Below the pieces are notes generated by a model. The model made no database searches. It saw nothing but the letters and a program-made list of their open reading frames with translations, and was not told the origin of the DNA. Positions 1-11,400 of a stretch of DNA of 64,000 bases are shown here, one piece after another. The DNA is from an uncultured virus (IMG/VR IMGVR_UViG_3300047157_000150) (taxonomy: Duplodnaviria; Heunggongvirae; Uroviricota; Caudoviricetes): the IMG/VR virus record IMGVR_UViG_3300047157_000150; one strand, 5' to 3'. The stretch's first letter is position 1, and each line of letters starts with the position of its first letter. Both the position numbers and the translations under genes were made by a program.

Positions 1-63
1 GGAACAGGTTATCGAACAAGAAGTTGTCCAAGTTATTCAAAGAAGAATTGAGGAGGCGTTTGA

Positions 64-1251
64 ATGACTTGGTTTGATGCAATTTATAAAAAAAATGATG
101 CTAAATTTGTAAAGGATTTAGAGGTAAAACTCAATGAAGCCGGGTATGAATTAGTTGAATACAAAACAAAAGGAAATTCAAAGTTTTCAAAACACGCATC
201 AGTTGTTATAAAAAATCCAGAAACAATGGAAACGGTAGAAACCCCATTTACAGCGAGTAGAAATAACAGGGCCATCAAAAATTTTGTTTCTCAGGTAAGA
301 AAGGTGTTTTCGGGAAGAAAGCGTAGAGGGCAAGGTTCTTTTAAATTATCTAATGATAAAATTAACACATGGCAAAGTATTCTTAAAATAGAACCGAAGG
401 ATAACCCACTATCGGACGAATTTAACCCTCCAGAAATTCCTGAAAAATTAATTACGACTATTGAAGAAACAATTTATAATGATTTAACTTCAGATATGGA
501 TAAAGTTCCTGAACTTAATTTAATTTTTACTGGAAATGACAGATGGGAAACAGATTTTATTATAGACAATAAGGCACAAACTGATGACGGATATTTGGCT
601 TTAACATTACCAATTATAACTTTAGTAGCAAACAAAAAAGAATTAACAATGTTACTATTTGAACATCAAAACCGCAGAAGAAGACAAGAGTATTCTGTTT
701 TAGATGATTTTATTGATAGATTTTCAAAACTTTCAGAAAAACTTAAAGTGTATATAACGAATATTACTTATGATAGAAGGCAAATTTCACGAATGGAAAG
801 TGTTTTTTCGGAATTTATAAATCGTGTTAAAGTTACGGCGGAGAAACAAATTACATTTGGGGACAAAATTTTTGAAGCACAAGTAGATTTAGCAAAAAGA
901 ACATATGGTATGGATTGGAAGTTTGAATCTCCAGAATTGTACGAAAAGGTAAAGGAAGAATTTTATGATTATTATGAAAAAAGAAAATATTGGATTGGGA
1001 ATATTTCTGCATTAGAAACAATAAGTTTAGAAGAACTTATAGAAGATAAATTTTCCGAAGGTAAGAAATTAGAAGGTATTCTTGATACATGGATAGAAGA
1101 TTTTTATTCGGATTATGAAGGCGACGATATATACGATTATGACCAAGAAGATTGGGATGAAATGAATGATTATCAAGATAATTTAGCCGAAGGTGATTTA
1201 CAAGAGGAAAGGTTAGAAGAAGGATTAAGGGGGAGAAGAAATCGTGGATGA
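64..1251 (+). CDS. W-tag protein with HicA-like N-terminal domain, internal second tag (TWQSILK) and acidic C-terminus
   Basis: Starts MTWFDAIYK; SKHASVVIKNP...TASRNNRAIKNFVSQVRK resembles HicA-like folds; SD GAGGAGG upstream. Confidence 0.6.
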   Translation: MTWFDAIYKKNDAKFVKDLEVKLNEAGYELVEYKTKGNSKFSKHASVVIKNPETMETVETPFTASRNNRAIKNFVSQVRKVFSGRKRRGQGSFKLSNDKINTWQSILKIEPKDNPLSDEFNPPEIPEKLITTIEETIYNDLTSDMDKVPELNLIFTGNDRWETDFIIDNKAQTDDGYLALTLPIITLVANKKELTMLLFEHQNRRRRQEYSVLDDFIDRFSKLSEKLKVYITNITYDRRQISRMESVFSEFINRVKVTAEKQITFGDKIFEAQVDLAKRTYGMDWKFESPELYEKVKEEFYDYYEKRKYWIGNISALETISLEELIEDKFSEGKKLEGILDTWIEDFYSDYEGDDIYDYDQEDWDEMNDYQDNLAEGDLQEERLEEGLRGRRNRG

Positions 1252-1837
1252 AGTTACATATTTAGTTACATTACTTGATGAATATTGGGAAACTGCCGTA
1301 ATAGCATTAGGTTCTGCTATTCCTGCAATTCATAGAGTTAAACCGCAAATTATGGATATACGAGATATGAGTTCTGCTCGCAATACTACAAAACCCGGAA
1401 GAGGTGGTAATAGAGTAAGAATTAGTGCCGCACGAGAAACTGCTGGGGATAATACTACACCTTCTTTAGATGTTATTGCAGTAATGCAAAACTCTCAAAC
1501 TGTGGAATATCCTACTCGTGATTGGTCTGTAAGAAACGAAACTCACGAAATGTCTATTTCAATTAGAACAAAACAAGATGATAGGCGAACAAATGATAAT
1601 GCGAGAGTTGCACCTTCGGGTTCTACTTTTGGTAGAGATAGAATAGAAAACCTTTATAAGATAGTGCGATACATCATTGAAACAAACCGAAGGGGCTGGT
1701 TCCGAAGTGCAGGAAGTTTAGAAGAAAACATTAAACATCTCGTACTAGGAAGCCGAACTGACGCTAATGACAAAAAATCAAGAATATTTGGATATAGAAT
1801 AAATGTGACTATGAAAAGATTCGCCAACAGTTTGTAA
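1244..1837 (+). CDS. Putative tail terminator / head-tail connector
   Basis: 197 aa immediately upstream of tail tube-like gene; beta-rich C-terminal strand pattern; call mostly positional. Confidence 0.4.
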   Translation: MDEVTYLVTLLDEYWETAVIALGSAIPAIHRVKPQIMDIRDMSSARNTTKPGRGGNRVRISAARETAGDNTTPSLDVIAVMQNSQTVEYPTRDWSVRNETHEMSISIRTKQDDRRTNDNARVAPSGSTFGRDRIENLYKIVRYIIETNRRGWFRSAGSLEENIKHLVLGSRTDANDKKSRIFGYRINVTMKRFANSL

Positions 1838-1853
1838 TAAAAGGTGATTAAAT

Positions 1854-4209
1854 ATGGCAGTAAATAATGAAATTTGGATGGACAGCGGGGCGATGGTATC
1901 TATGATACCTGAACAAGATATATTTTTAGGGGCTTTTGATTCTTCAGATGCTATTACCGATAATGGAGATGGGACTTCTAAAATTCGTCTTAATGATGAT
2001 TTTATTGCCGCCTTTTCTTTAGTAGAAAATTTATATCGAGGTTGCCAAGTAGAATTTTATTTAGTGTCCCGATGAAACCTTCGTTGATAAAACAATTATT
2101 ACTGCTAATGATGGCAATACCATTACTGTTCCTAATTCAGTTTTACCCTGCAATTATTACAAACGCTACCGCAGATGATTATTACGGAGTTATTAAACAT
2201 CTTGGCGCACCTGTTCCAGCACCAAAAGGTTCGGGAACTTCTACTTTACAAACTGCTACTATTACGACGGCAGGAGATGATTTATTAGCAAGTCAAGCAA
2301 TTGTGTCAAATACAGCAATTACCGGAGTTTCAGGCTTAACTTCAACAGGTGCAGAACTTCAATTAACATTAAGTTCTGCTTCAACACCTGTCACCTTTGC
2401 TGCTGAAAGTGGCACTAATTATGATACAGGATATTTAGTGATTTATTTAGCAAATTCTGGTGGAGATAGAACTTTGGCTGTTGCATTTAATTGTACTGCT
2501 GGAACAACTCACCCTGCAACAGGTTTCGATGAATATGTTGAAGTAAATGTTGCTGATAGCACTTCTGCTGTAAATATGGCTCGTGCTGTTCAAACCGCTT
2601 TAGCAAATCAAAGCGTCACTGTCACAAGAGTAGGTGCAGTATTAACAATTACCAATGATACAGGTGGATATGTTAACAGTGGGGTTCACATGACTAAAAA
2701 CATAACTGCTACACCGGGAACTTTAGGCGGTGTCACTCTTGGAACTGATACTGACGGTGGAATAGTCACGGCAGTTGAAATTACAAACGCAGGTTCTTCT
2801 GTTTCAGGTTCGGGTAATTTAACAATTACAAGTGCCGCAGGTACTGATGCTGTGTTAGCATTAGCCGCAGGAAGTTCGGGAAACCCAAGACTTCTTTCCG
2901 ATACTTGGATTGGACTTACTGACTCAGTGACAGTTCCTCAAACACAAATTGAGATGAAACAAATTGCACTTAATTCGGGAACTCGAAATATGGCTTATCA
3001 ATTTAAGGGTGCAGAAACTACCTCTGGTGGTTCTTTTTCCCTATCTGCAAATAACTTTTCATGGCTTTACTACGCATTAGGTTCAAAAACAATAGCGGCA
3101 GCAAATACAGCAGCAATTAATCTTACGCAGATATTGATGGACAAACAACTAATGGAGAATTTTATTCTGCCGATAATGCGGGTGGTAATTTAGCGGGAAC
3201 AAACTTTATTTTTGATAGCGATACTGTTTCCGACACTATTCATAGAGTTGAAGGCAATACTATTTGTCCTCCGTGGAATGTTCTTTCTGGAACAAATATC
3301 GCAAATGTTAAATCACTTAGCCACACACTTACAAACAAAATTACATACACATTTACAGAAAATAATAGTGACGACCTACCATCATTTGCATTAGAATACA
3401 CATTAAGAAAGCCAAGTCTTTCAACAGTTGCTACTGATTCGGTATCAACTACAACAACAGGGCATACTACTGATTTAGATGGAAGTGCGCCTACTACAAA
3501 TGGAACAGTCACAAGAAATCTTACAGACAAGGTTTATTCTAAGATTTACCCCGGTTGTCAAGTTGAAAGTTTAAATATTACAGCAGACGCTGGACAGGAA
3601 GTTAAAATGACAGTTAATTTTAACTCAAAAAATACATTTACTGCACCTAATAATTATGATACTGCTAATAACACAACAGACCTACATGATTGGGTTAATT
3701 TTGGTTCTATGCAGGGGAGGCCAAGCAAATATTGATGAAGGACAATTAAGACCATTTTTCTTCTCCGATGGAGTTATTGAAATGTTTGGACAAGAATATT
3801 TGCGTATTGAGAACATGACTTTGGACATTTCAAACAGCCTACAACCGAAGAGATTTATTGGTCGCTATGATAAGAATAGCCAAATTCATATCCCCGGTCA
3901 AAGGGTCTATAATCTTTCCTTTACAGGCTTAGTCACCGACAATGTTCTTTTTGAGGAACTTCGTAATAATGCCGCTACTTCACTATCGGGAACAGATGGC
4001 ACACCAATTAAAAATTACCTTTAAAAAGGATTTATCTGCAACAGCCGCATCGGATGAAACGGTGACTATGATTTTCAAGGACTACATGGTAACCACAAGC
4101 AGACTTCCCACTTACAAATGACAAAGGGCCGATTACAGTTAATTGGACCATTCAACCTCTTGAGTTACATTCGTGTACTCATGCAACAAATTGGATTATT
4201 CAAGGATAA
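1854..4209 (+). CDS. Putative major tail tube protein, broken by several frameshifts
   Basis: Pieces 1854-2075, 2042-3193, ~3180-3700, 3656-4024 and an end WIIQG* at 4209 read as one Gly/Thr/Ala-rich protein; SD GGTGA; followed by chaperone and tape measure genes. Confidence 0.6.
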
Positions 4210-4254
4210 GTTTAAAGACCAACCCTTGCGTAGTTATTAACAAGGTGAATACCT

Positions 4255-4629
4255 ATGGATAGAAAGACAGTAAAGAATAAGAGTAGCCTATTTGCGACAA
4301 CTGAAAGTACCCTACATCATATTCGTGTAGCCCCCGATAGTGATGAGTACCTCAAAGTTTGGATTAAGGAACCCACTTTCTTACAATTAGAAAAGGCACA
4401 GGCAAAACTCATTAACTTAAACTCTCGCACTCAAGATATTTCTCTTGAAATGGACACGCTATTCCGCTACCTTTGGGAAGCATTTGTAGATAAAACTGAA
4501 CCTCAACTTTCACCGGTTGAATTTATTAGACTTACTCCGTATGTTGGAAATCAAATTAAAGAAATCCTTCCCGACCCCTTCGCTCTTGAGGGGGATGAAG
4601 ATTTAAAAGAGTCTACCGAACAGCCTTAA
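4255..4629 (+). CDS. Tail assembly chaperone (gpG-like)
   Basis: Between tail tube and tape measure; slippery T TTA AAA at 4602-4608 near its end. Confidence 0.7.
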   Translation: MDRKTVKNKSSLFATTESTLHHIRVAPDSDEYLKVWIKEPTFLQLEKAQAKLINLNSRTQDISLEMDTLFRYLWEAFVDKTEPQLSPVEFIRLTPYVGNQIKEILPDPFALEGDEDLKESTEQP

Positions 4630-4817
4630 GTGGGGGTAGAATGGATTCCCCTGTTATCGCTTCTCGGATAACTTTATATATCTTGGCTAAGGAATTACAT
4701 ATTAGTCCCGCCGAGGCATACCAAATGCCTTATTCTATGGTTAGGGATTTTATGATTATGTTTTCTATAACAAAGGAAGAGGAATCAAAACAATTAAACA
4801 AAAATAAATTGAAGTGA
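4602..4817 (+). CDS. Tail assembly chaperone extension (gpT-like), reached by -1 frameshift
   Basis: -1 frame is open: FKRVYRTALSGGRMDSPVIASRITLYILAKELHISPAEAYQMPYSMVRDF...LK*; stop 4 nt before tape measure ATG. Confidence 0.7.
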   Translation, partial: FKRVYRTALSGGRMDSPVIASRITLYILAKELHISPAEAYQMPYSMVRDFMIMFSITKEEESKQLNKNKLK

Positions 4818-4821
4818 TTAT

Positions 4822-6729
4822 ATGGATATGAATAAATTACGCCGAGAACTTGATTCAATCAAAGGTGGAATGGAAGATATTAATAGACTACTTTTAGATA
4901 CCGAAGCCGCTTCGGATGATTTAGTTAGTCGTTTAGCGGCTTTAGGAACTATTGGTAATAAAAAAGGTATTGTAAGAAGTATCGTTACAAGGGCTACGGC
5001 AGGTATTCCTTCGATTTATCAATTAATGCAGCAACTTTCTTCTATGTTATTGGTGTTTAAATACATATCCGTAGCAAGAAATGAAGACCTTAAAGAAGAA
5101 CAAAAAATGATAGAAACTTTAGAGAATAGGTCGAAAGTTCAAAAAAGAATATACAAGTTAAATCAGGCTTTGGCTGGTGGTCATTTATCAGCATTGGAAA
5201 AAGAAAAGTTTTACAACGATGCTTCTATTAAACACATGATGAGAACTATGTCTTTTCAAGAAGCACTGACGGCTACATCGAAAAAATTTCTTACGGTAAA
5301 AAAGAAGGTTGAAAAAATAGACGATAAAGTATTCAAAAGAGCGAGAAAAGATTTTGTAAGAAACAATTACGGAACTAGGGGTCTTACAGGTGGTTCACTA
5401 ACAGGTAAGGCCGCTATTTTAATGGCTGATGATGAAATTACTGGAATGGAAGGTAGGCTTGAGAATTTAAAGAAAGGTAGAAGAAAGATATAGGTCGTAA
5501 GGGAGCACTTTCGAGAAGATTAAATAGAAACGACTTAACTAAGGCACAAGAAAGAAACACAAAGGCTAAATTAGATTTAGTAGATGCAAGATTATCTGCA
5601 TTTTCGGAGGCTATTGAAAGGGTAACTGATGATATAGCGATTGCCGGAGAGGGAAGAGATAGTTTAATATCCGGTTCGAGGAAAAGGGGATTTATTGTAT
5701 CGGGAGCAAGTGGTAGTAGGTCTTTTCAAGATTTAACACCCCATGAAAAATTTATGCAAAAGGTGGAAAAGATTAAATTAGTTTTTATTAGTAAATTAAG
5801 AAGTGTTCAAGCGGGAATAAGAATGTTCTTTAATAAAGGTAATATGAAGATGTTAGGGAATGCTATAAAAATGGGGGGCTTCGTTTTTGGGTAAGGCTTT
5901 ATTAGCAATTACAATATTAGGATTAGTTGTATTTGCATTGCATAAAATGAACTTTTTTTGCAGAAACAAAAGAGGCATTTAAGAAATTTGCTATATTACA
6001 AAAAATGTTTTGAAGTAGTATCAGGTTCTTTTGGTTTGGTGTTTGAAGGTTTGCCCCCAAGTTTTAGGAGGAATATGGGGTGTGATTTCTGGTTTATTTG
6101 GCGGCGACGGTAAAAAAGGTATTAGAAAGTTTGAAAAAACTTGGTACTGGTCTTTTAAATGTTGCTTTAGGTCTATTGGGTATTGCTATCATGGGTAGCA
6201 TTACAATACTAGCAACATTATTAACGGGGTTATTAAGTATTATTATGGGGTACTATCATAAGTACGGGTAAGACTGTTGTTAAAGCAGTAAGGAATTTGG
6301 CGGATGGAACTAAGGGTTCAGTTAAATCAGGTCTAACAGGTGCGGCTATTGGGGGCGCACTTGTAACGGGTGGAGTGGCTTTATCAGCAACAGGTGTAGG
6401 TACTCCCATTAGGACTTGCTTTGATAGGAGGTGGTATTCTTGCTGGAGGTGCGATTGGTGCGGCAAATCCTATGGCTTCGGGAGGAACTAATTTATTAGG
6501 AGGTAATTATTTAGTCGGAGATAATGGGCCTGAAATTATTTCACTCCCCGGCGGCAGTTCAATTACTAACAATACTAATACTCGAAGTGCTATGGGAACT
6601 ACAATCAATGTTCATGTTAACGGAAGAGTAGGTGCTTCCGACCAAGAATTAAATCAACTTGCGGATAAAATAGGACAAAAGATTTCTATGCGTATGAATA
6701 GATTTTCACCTACGGGAATGAGAGGATGA
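4822..6729 (+). CDS. Tape measure protein, frameshifted
   Basis: Helical N-terminus, Gly/Ala/hydrophobic middle, C-terminal MASGG...YLVGDNGPEII motif typical of tape measure ends; reading changes frame several times. Confidence 0.7.
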
Positions 6730-6764
6730 TTAAATGACACTAAGCACAAAGGATTTAATGGCAA

Positions 6765-7430
6765 ATGCGGGACAAACAGGGTACGCGTGCTGACCATGCA
6801 GTTTTCTTAAATTTTGCCTCTCGTGGAGATGCGGGAGATGGTTCAATTACTAATCGTATTATGTTAAAAGCAGAAACTGTGGGAATATCTACAACAAGAA
6901 GCGTGGCTCCTATTCCTATTCCTTTGTCGGGTTTAATTACAGGAGAGTCAACTACAATGGCGATTGACTTGGGTATTGCTAATAAAACTATAAATGTGAC
7001 AGGGATTATTACTGAGCAACACATTGTAAAACAGTATGATAACACTACAACAAAATCAGTAGTTATGACAGCACCCGAAGTGGCGCAATTAATTCACGCA
7101 TCCGTGGATTCTTCATTTGCACAGAAACATCAAAATCTTACAGAACTTGTAATTCTTTATCCATCCCGTGTAGGGGATGATTATGCTTATCATACAGGTG
7201 TGACTGAAACTACAAAATTAGAAGACCTACCTTTACTACCCTTTTCCTATCATTCGAGAGAATTAGATAGAGCAAATACTATCGGTGGCGGTTCTATGCC
7301 TTCTCCTTCTACTACTGAATTTGAAGGCATTACAGGGTTCATTGAAAACTTTTCTACTGACTTTCTTCCCGGCTCTACATTTCTTACATTTAACTTTTCC
7401 TTTAGACAAGCCTTTACTCCTCTTGGTTGA
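6765..7430 (+). CDS. Putative distal tail protein
   Basis: 221 aa right after tape measure; positional call. Confidence 0.4.
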   Translation: MRDKQGTRADHAVFLNFASRGDAGDGSITNRIMLKAETVGISTTRSVAPIPIPLSGLITGESTTMAIDLGIANKTINVTGIITEQHIVKQYDNTTTKSVVMTAPEVAQLIHASVDSSFAQKHQNLTELVILYPSRVGDDYAYHTGVTETTKLEDLPLLPFSYHSRELDRANTIGGGSMPSPSTTEFEGITGFIENFSTDFLPGSTFLTFNFSFRQAFTPLG

Positions 7431-8495
7431 TTACTATGCAAACGATATACTCGAAAGATAAGAAGTCTTTGCAGTTTCCTGCAATGTGTGATGGGTATGT
7501 TAAGATTCAACATAAGGATAATGATGGTAATATACCTTTACAGGAAGTTGGCCTTTGGGGGAATAGTGGAGACTTTACAATTGAAATGCTTGTGACACCT
7601 TATGATGTAAATGGTAATTCGGCTACAAATACCTATTCAGCAAGTGACAAGGTATTATCAAGACATACAAAGGGGGCGGCTTATATGCCAATTACCTCTA
7701 CAGTGACGGATAATAGAAGGCATGATGTTTCTATGACTTTATTCCATAATACAAATTTAACTATTTCTTTAGATAATACAACTACACACGCTTTTAATCA
7801 ACCTGCTGAATACGCAGTAAAGGTTTCTATGACAATTGGAAGCACTACAACTTCTATTACAAGTGATACAGTTATTAGTGCTACAAGAGTAGATGATAAC
7901 CATTCTCAAGGAAATTCTTCCGATTTTGTTTATAACGGTCACACTCCAATAGCACATAAAAATCTTTATACAGTTTCTTCAATTTCTTCTAATACCATAA
8001 CACTTATCGCACCTTCTTATAACGGAAAAGGGCAAAAAATTTATACAGACAAAGGATTATTAATAGGAACTATTACTGCTGTAAGTGGAAGAGATATTAC
8101 GATAGATAGTATTGTAAATGCACCTTCAAACGGAGAACATATTTTTGATGAATTACCTAAAGACCCCGCTTATGTAGAAACTGCTCATCACATAGCGGTT
8201 TCATATAGAAATTCTGGAAAAATAAGTATTTTTTATAACGGTAATTTGGTTAAAGACGGAGTGCATGGTGCAGGTGGTAATTTTTCTTTAGACCCCTCAG
8301 ATGTTTATTTAGGTCAAAACCCTGATGATTATGTGGGAAGAGCGTCGTAGACGGTCGCAGTTTATGGGTGAGTTTCACGAAATATCTATGGTAAGTAAAT
8401 ATAAATCGGCGTTTAGAAGTATCAATAGTCTTATGCCAAATTACAGAGATTTACTTTTATATCTTGATTTTGAGGAGGCTAATTTAGATGGCTGA
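7427..8495 (+). CDS. LamG/ConA-like tail protein, frameshift near 8340
   Basis: DFTIEMLV...HHIAVSY...ISIFYNG...VYLGQ, continuing QFMGEFHEI in another frame. Confidence 0.6.
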
Positions 8496-11400
8496 CGATG
8501 TTTTGTACTTAACGAGGGTCAAGCAATTCCTACGGATTTTACTGCTTCACCGAGTTCAAATATAGCGGCTGGGACCTTTAATCGTAATACATCTGTTAAC
8601 CCTAATATTATTACAGAAGCAGGTTCAAATACAACCGCATTAGGAATACATTGTTATGAAATACATTCGGATGAAGTAGCAGGGCCTTCGTTGGAAGTAA
8701 TGTGGTCGGCTCAAGTCTCGTAAATAGACTTTATCCAAAAAATACAACAGTGCCGAGTTATGCTGAAAATAAATTTGATAGCACTAATTATAGAGTTGTT
8801 ATAGATACAGGTTCTGCTGACGGTATTAAGGAAACGGGAACTTCTCATTTGTTGGGTAGTAGTAGTTGTACGAGAGATTATTTTATTGTAATCTATGCAG
8901 ATAATGTTTATAAACATCATGTTGCTAAAATTACAGAAGAAACGCTCTACGATGGAAATTTTTATAACTTTGATTTTACACCAAGTTTAAAGGAAAATAT
9001 TTCTGCTGGAACTAAAGTCGCAATATATCAAGGGCCGGAAAAAACTGATAATGTTGTAGCAGTTGGTTATGGGTTATTAAATGATATAGACACAACAGAA
9101 GAAAGACATGACAAATATGTAAATGTAAGTAGACCGACTTTTTACTTTTATGAAGGGGGCAGTTTAGAACCTAATACAAAATATACAGCCCTAAAGACAA
9201 GCACTAATTCTACCGGCCCTCAAGTAAGTATATTTAAAACAGCCCCCTATTACTTCGGATAAACTATTAGATAAATCTTTTTTTACACATACTGCGGTTA
9301 TTGTAGATGTGAACAGGTCCAACGATGATGATGTTTCACAACCCAAAGGCATCAATTCTTATTCAGCAGTAGGAAGTAATTACACATTTGCTAAAGCAAC
9401 ATGGGCGCAATCATCTTTAAATATTTACGATTCGGATGCAGGATTAAATACTTACTTACGATTTGTAGATTCGCCTGAAAGAACACAATTACTTTCGACA
9501 CCCATACCATTTAAATACTTCTAAAACTGTCACAACGAGAGGTAATCAATTTGAAGCAAAGTATTATGATACTGAAAGAATACTTGAACATAAGATTCGT
9601 GACTACGAAAATATTAAAATTAAAGAAATTATTCATACTCAAAATGTTTCTACTATTCCGGAAGGCGTATTACCCGGAGTTTTTAGTAGAAAAAGTAGCA
9701 CTACGATAGAAGTCACGGGACTTTTAGTAGGACAAGATTTAAGAACTTTATTATATGATTCTAATACAACTGTTTGGGAACCTTTTTTTGTAGATGGATA
9801 TTACTATGAATGTTTAAAAGGCAATGCAACAAAAATTACTGCACCGGTTGATGGTGTGCAAACAATAACTATTTCTAATTCAAGAGCCGTGACTTCAAAC
9901 TTTTGGTCGGGTTCGGCATCAGTTCATACCTTTTCGGATAAAACCGCCTATCGTAAATTTTATTCAAGAGTCACTGGAACAATTTTAATAGGACACGAAA
10001 TTGATACAGAATACGACGGAACTACAATAACGAGAAATGGTATTACAATAACTGAAACAGAATCGGATATTTATAATTTGGAATACTCTATTCAAGGAAC
10101 AAATTACGGTAGAACATTAAATATTTCTAAGGGTGATAAAAATAACGGCTATGTGACTTTAATTAATGAACCCTCTTCACCTTACTATCAAACATATACA
10201 AGTCCCCTAAGTGGTAATCTAATAGTATCTAAAACTGTTTTCGAAGGAAAGGTGGAGTCAAAGGAAACAAGTGTAGAATCGACGGGTGCTTTTAAATTGT
10301 CAATAAGTGGTAGGGATGAAATAGCCACTCTTTTAAATACACCCGTTAATCATAATTACACTTACTCGCAAGAATATATTTATTCAACTTTTAGCCCCTT
10401 TAATACTAATTATACTGATACAGGAGAAGATGTATCTTCTATTTCAGGTACAGTTATTACAGCCACTGATACTGTCACAGGACTTGTTTTTGGCGATGTT
10501 TTATATTTAAAGGGAACAAAGGGCGACATAGATTCTTATTATCTTTTAGGGGCAGTAAAATCGGTTTCTGGAACAGGAATTACATTAGTCAAAGATTCTT
10601 ATATACAAAAACATACTACATTTGTAGGCGGTACTTCTCTTGCAGTAGATATATACAAGGCGGGTAGAGCGTTAATAGCAGGTAAGACATTAGAATCATC
10701 ATTAAGAAATACGGAAAGGGCCACTACATTAATTGGAACTGCTGATAAAGGTGCAGTATTTACTACTGGTAAATATTTTAATTTTGATGGAACTAATTAT
10801 TCGGACACTGAAAGGTTAAGTGCTTTGGGAAGTGGGGGAGAAACGAATGGAATAGATATTGATAATCTTTTAAATACGATTAATGACTCTACAACATATT
10901 TTGATTCACCTTTAGGTTTTGATTTCGACCATAATACTATTTCTTCAATGGTAGATTTTCCTGTATTAAATTCGGTTGATACTAAGGATGGATTGACTTT
11001 ACACGAAATAGGTTATGTTTCGCCTATTGTAGTAGGGCGAATAGAAACAGATAATCTTTTAGACACCTTTTTAGAAACTTCGGGAACGGCCCAAGCAAGT
11101 AGAAAAAATAATAATATTTATTTAATTAACGGACAGGGTATGCCCGATGGAGGTTTTTTACATTTACTACATGGAGAAATAAATGCAGATAAATCCCCCA
11201 AGACATTTAATAATGAATTTGAAGAAGACCCTTTATTTGCTCACACAGTTAATAGTCAATACGCTTTAAGGTTTAATACACCCATTTGGAGATATGTAAA
11301 TAAATGTGCAGGTAGATTAACAAGAAAACTTTTTAATACCAATACTGATACTAATATTTCTAGACAGGCAATGCACAATGATTTTTATGAAAAAGATAGT

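Noticed and set aside
1854..9856. Many frameshifts in tail tube, tape measure and tail tip genes as pseudogenisation or recoding
   Set aside because: These are essential genes, the breaks are clustered and often at homopolymers, and the protein continues in another frame. Sequencing or assembly indels are the simplest explanation; only the 4602 site looks programmed.
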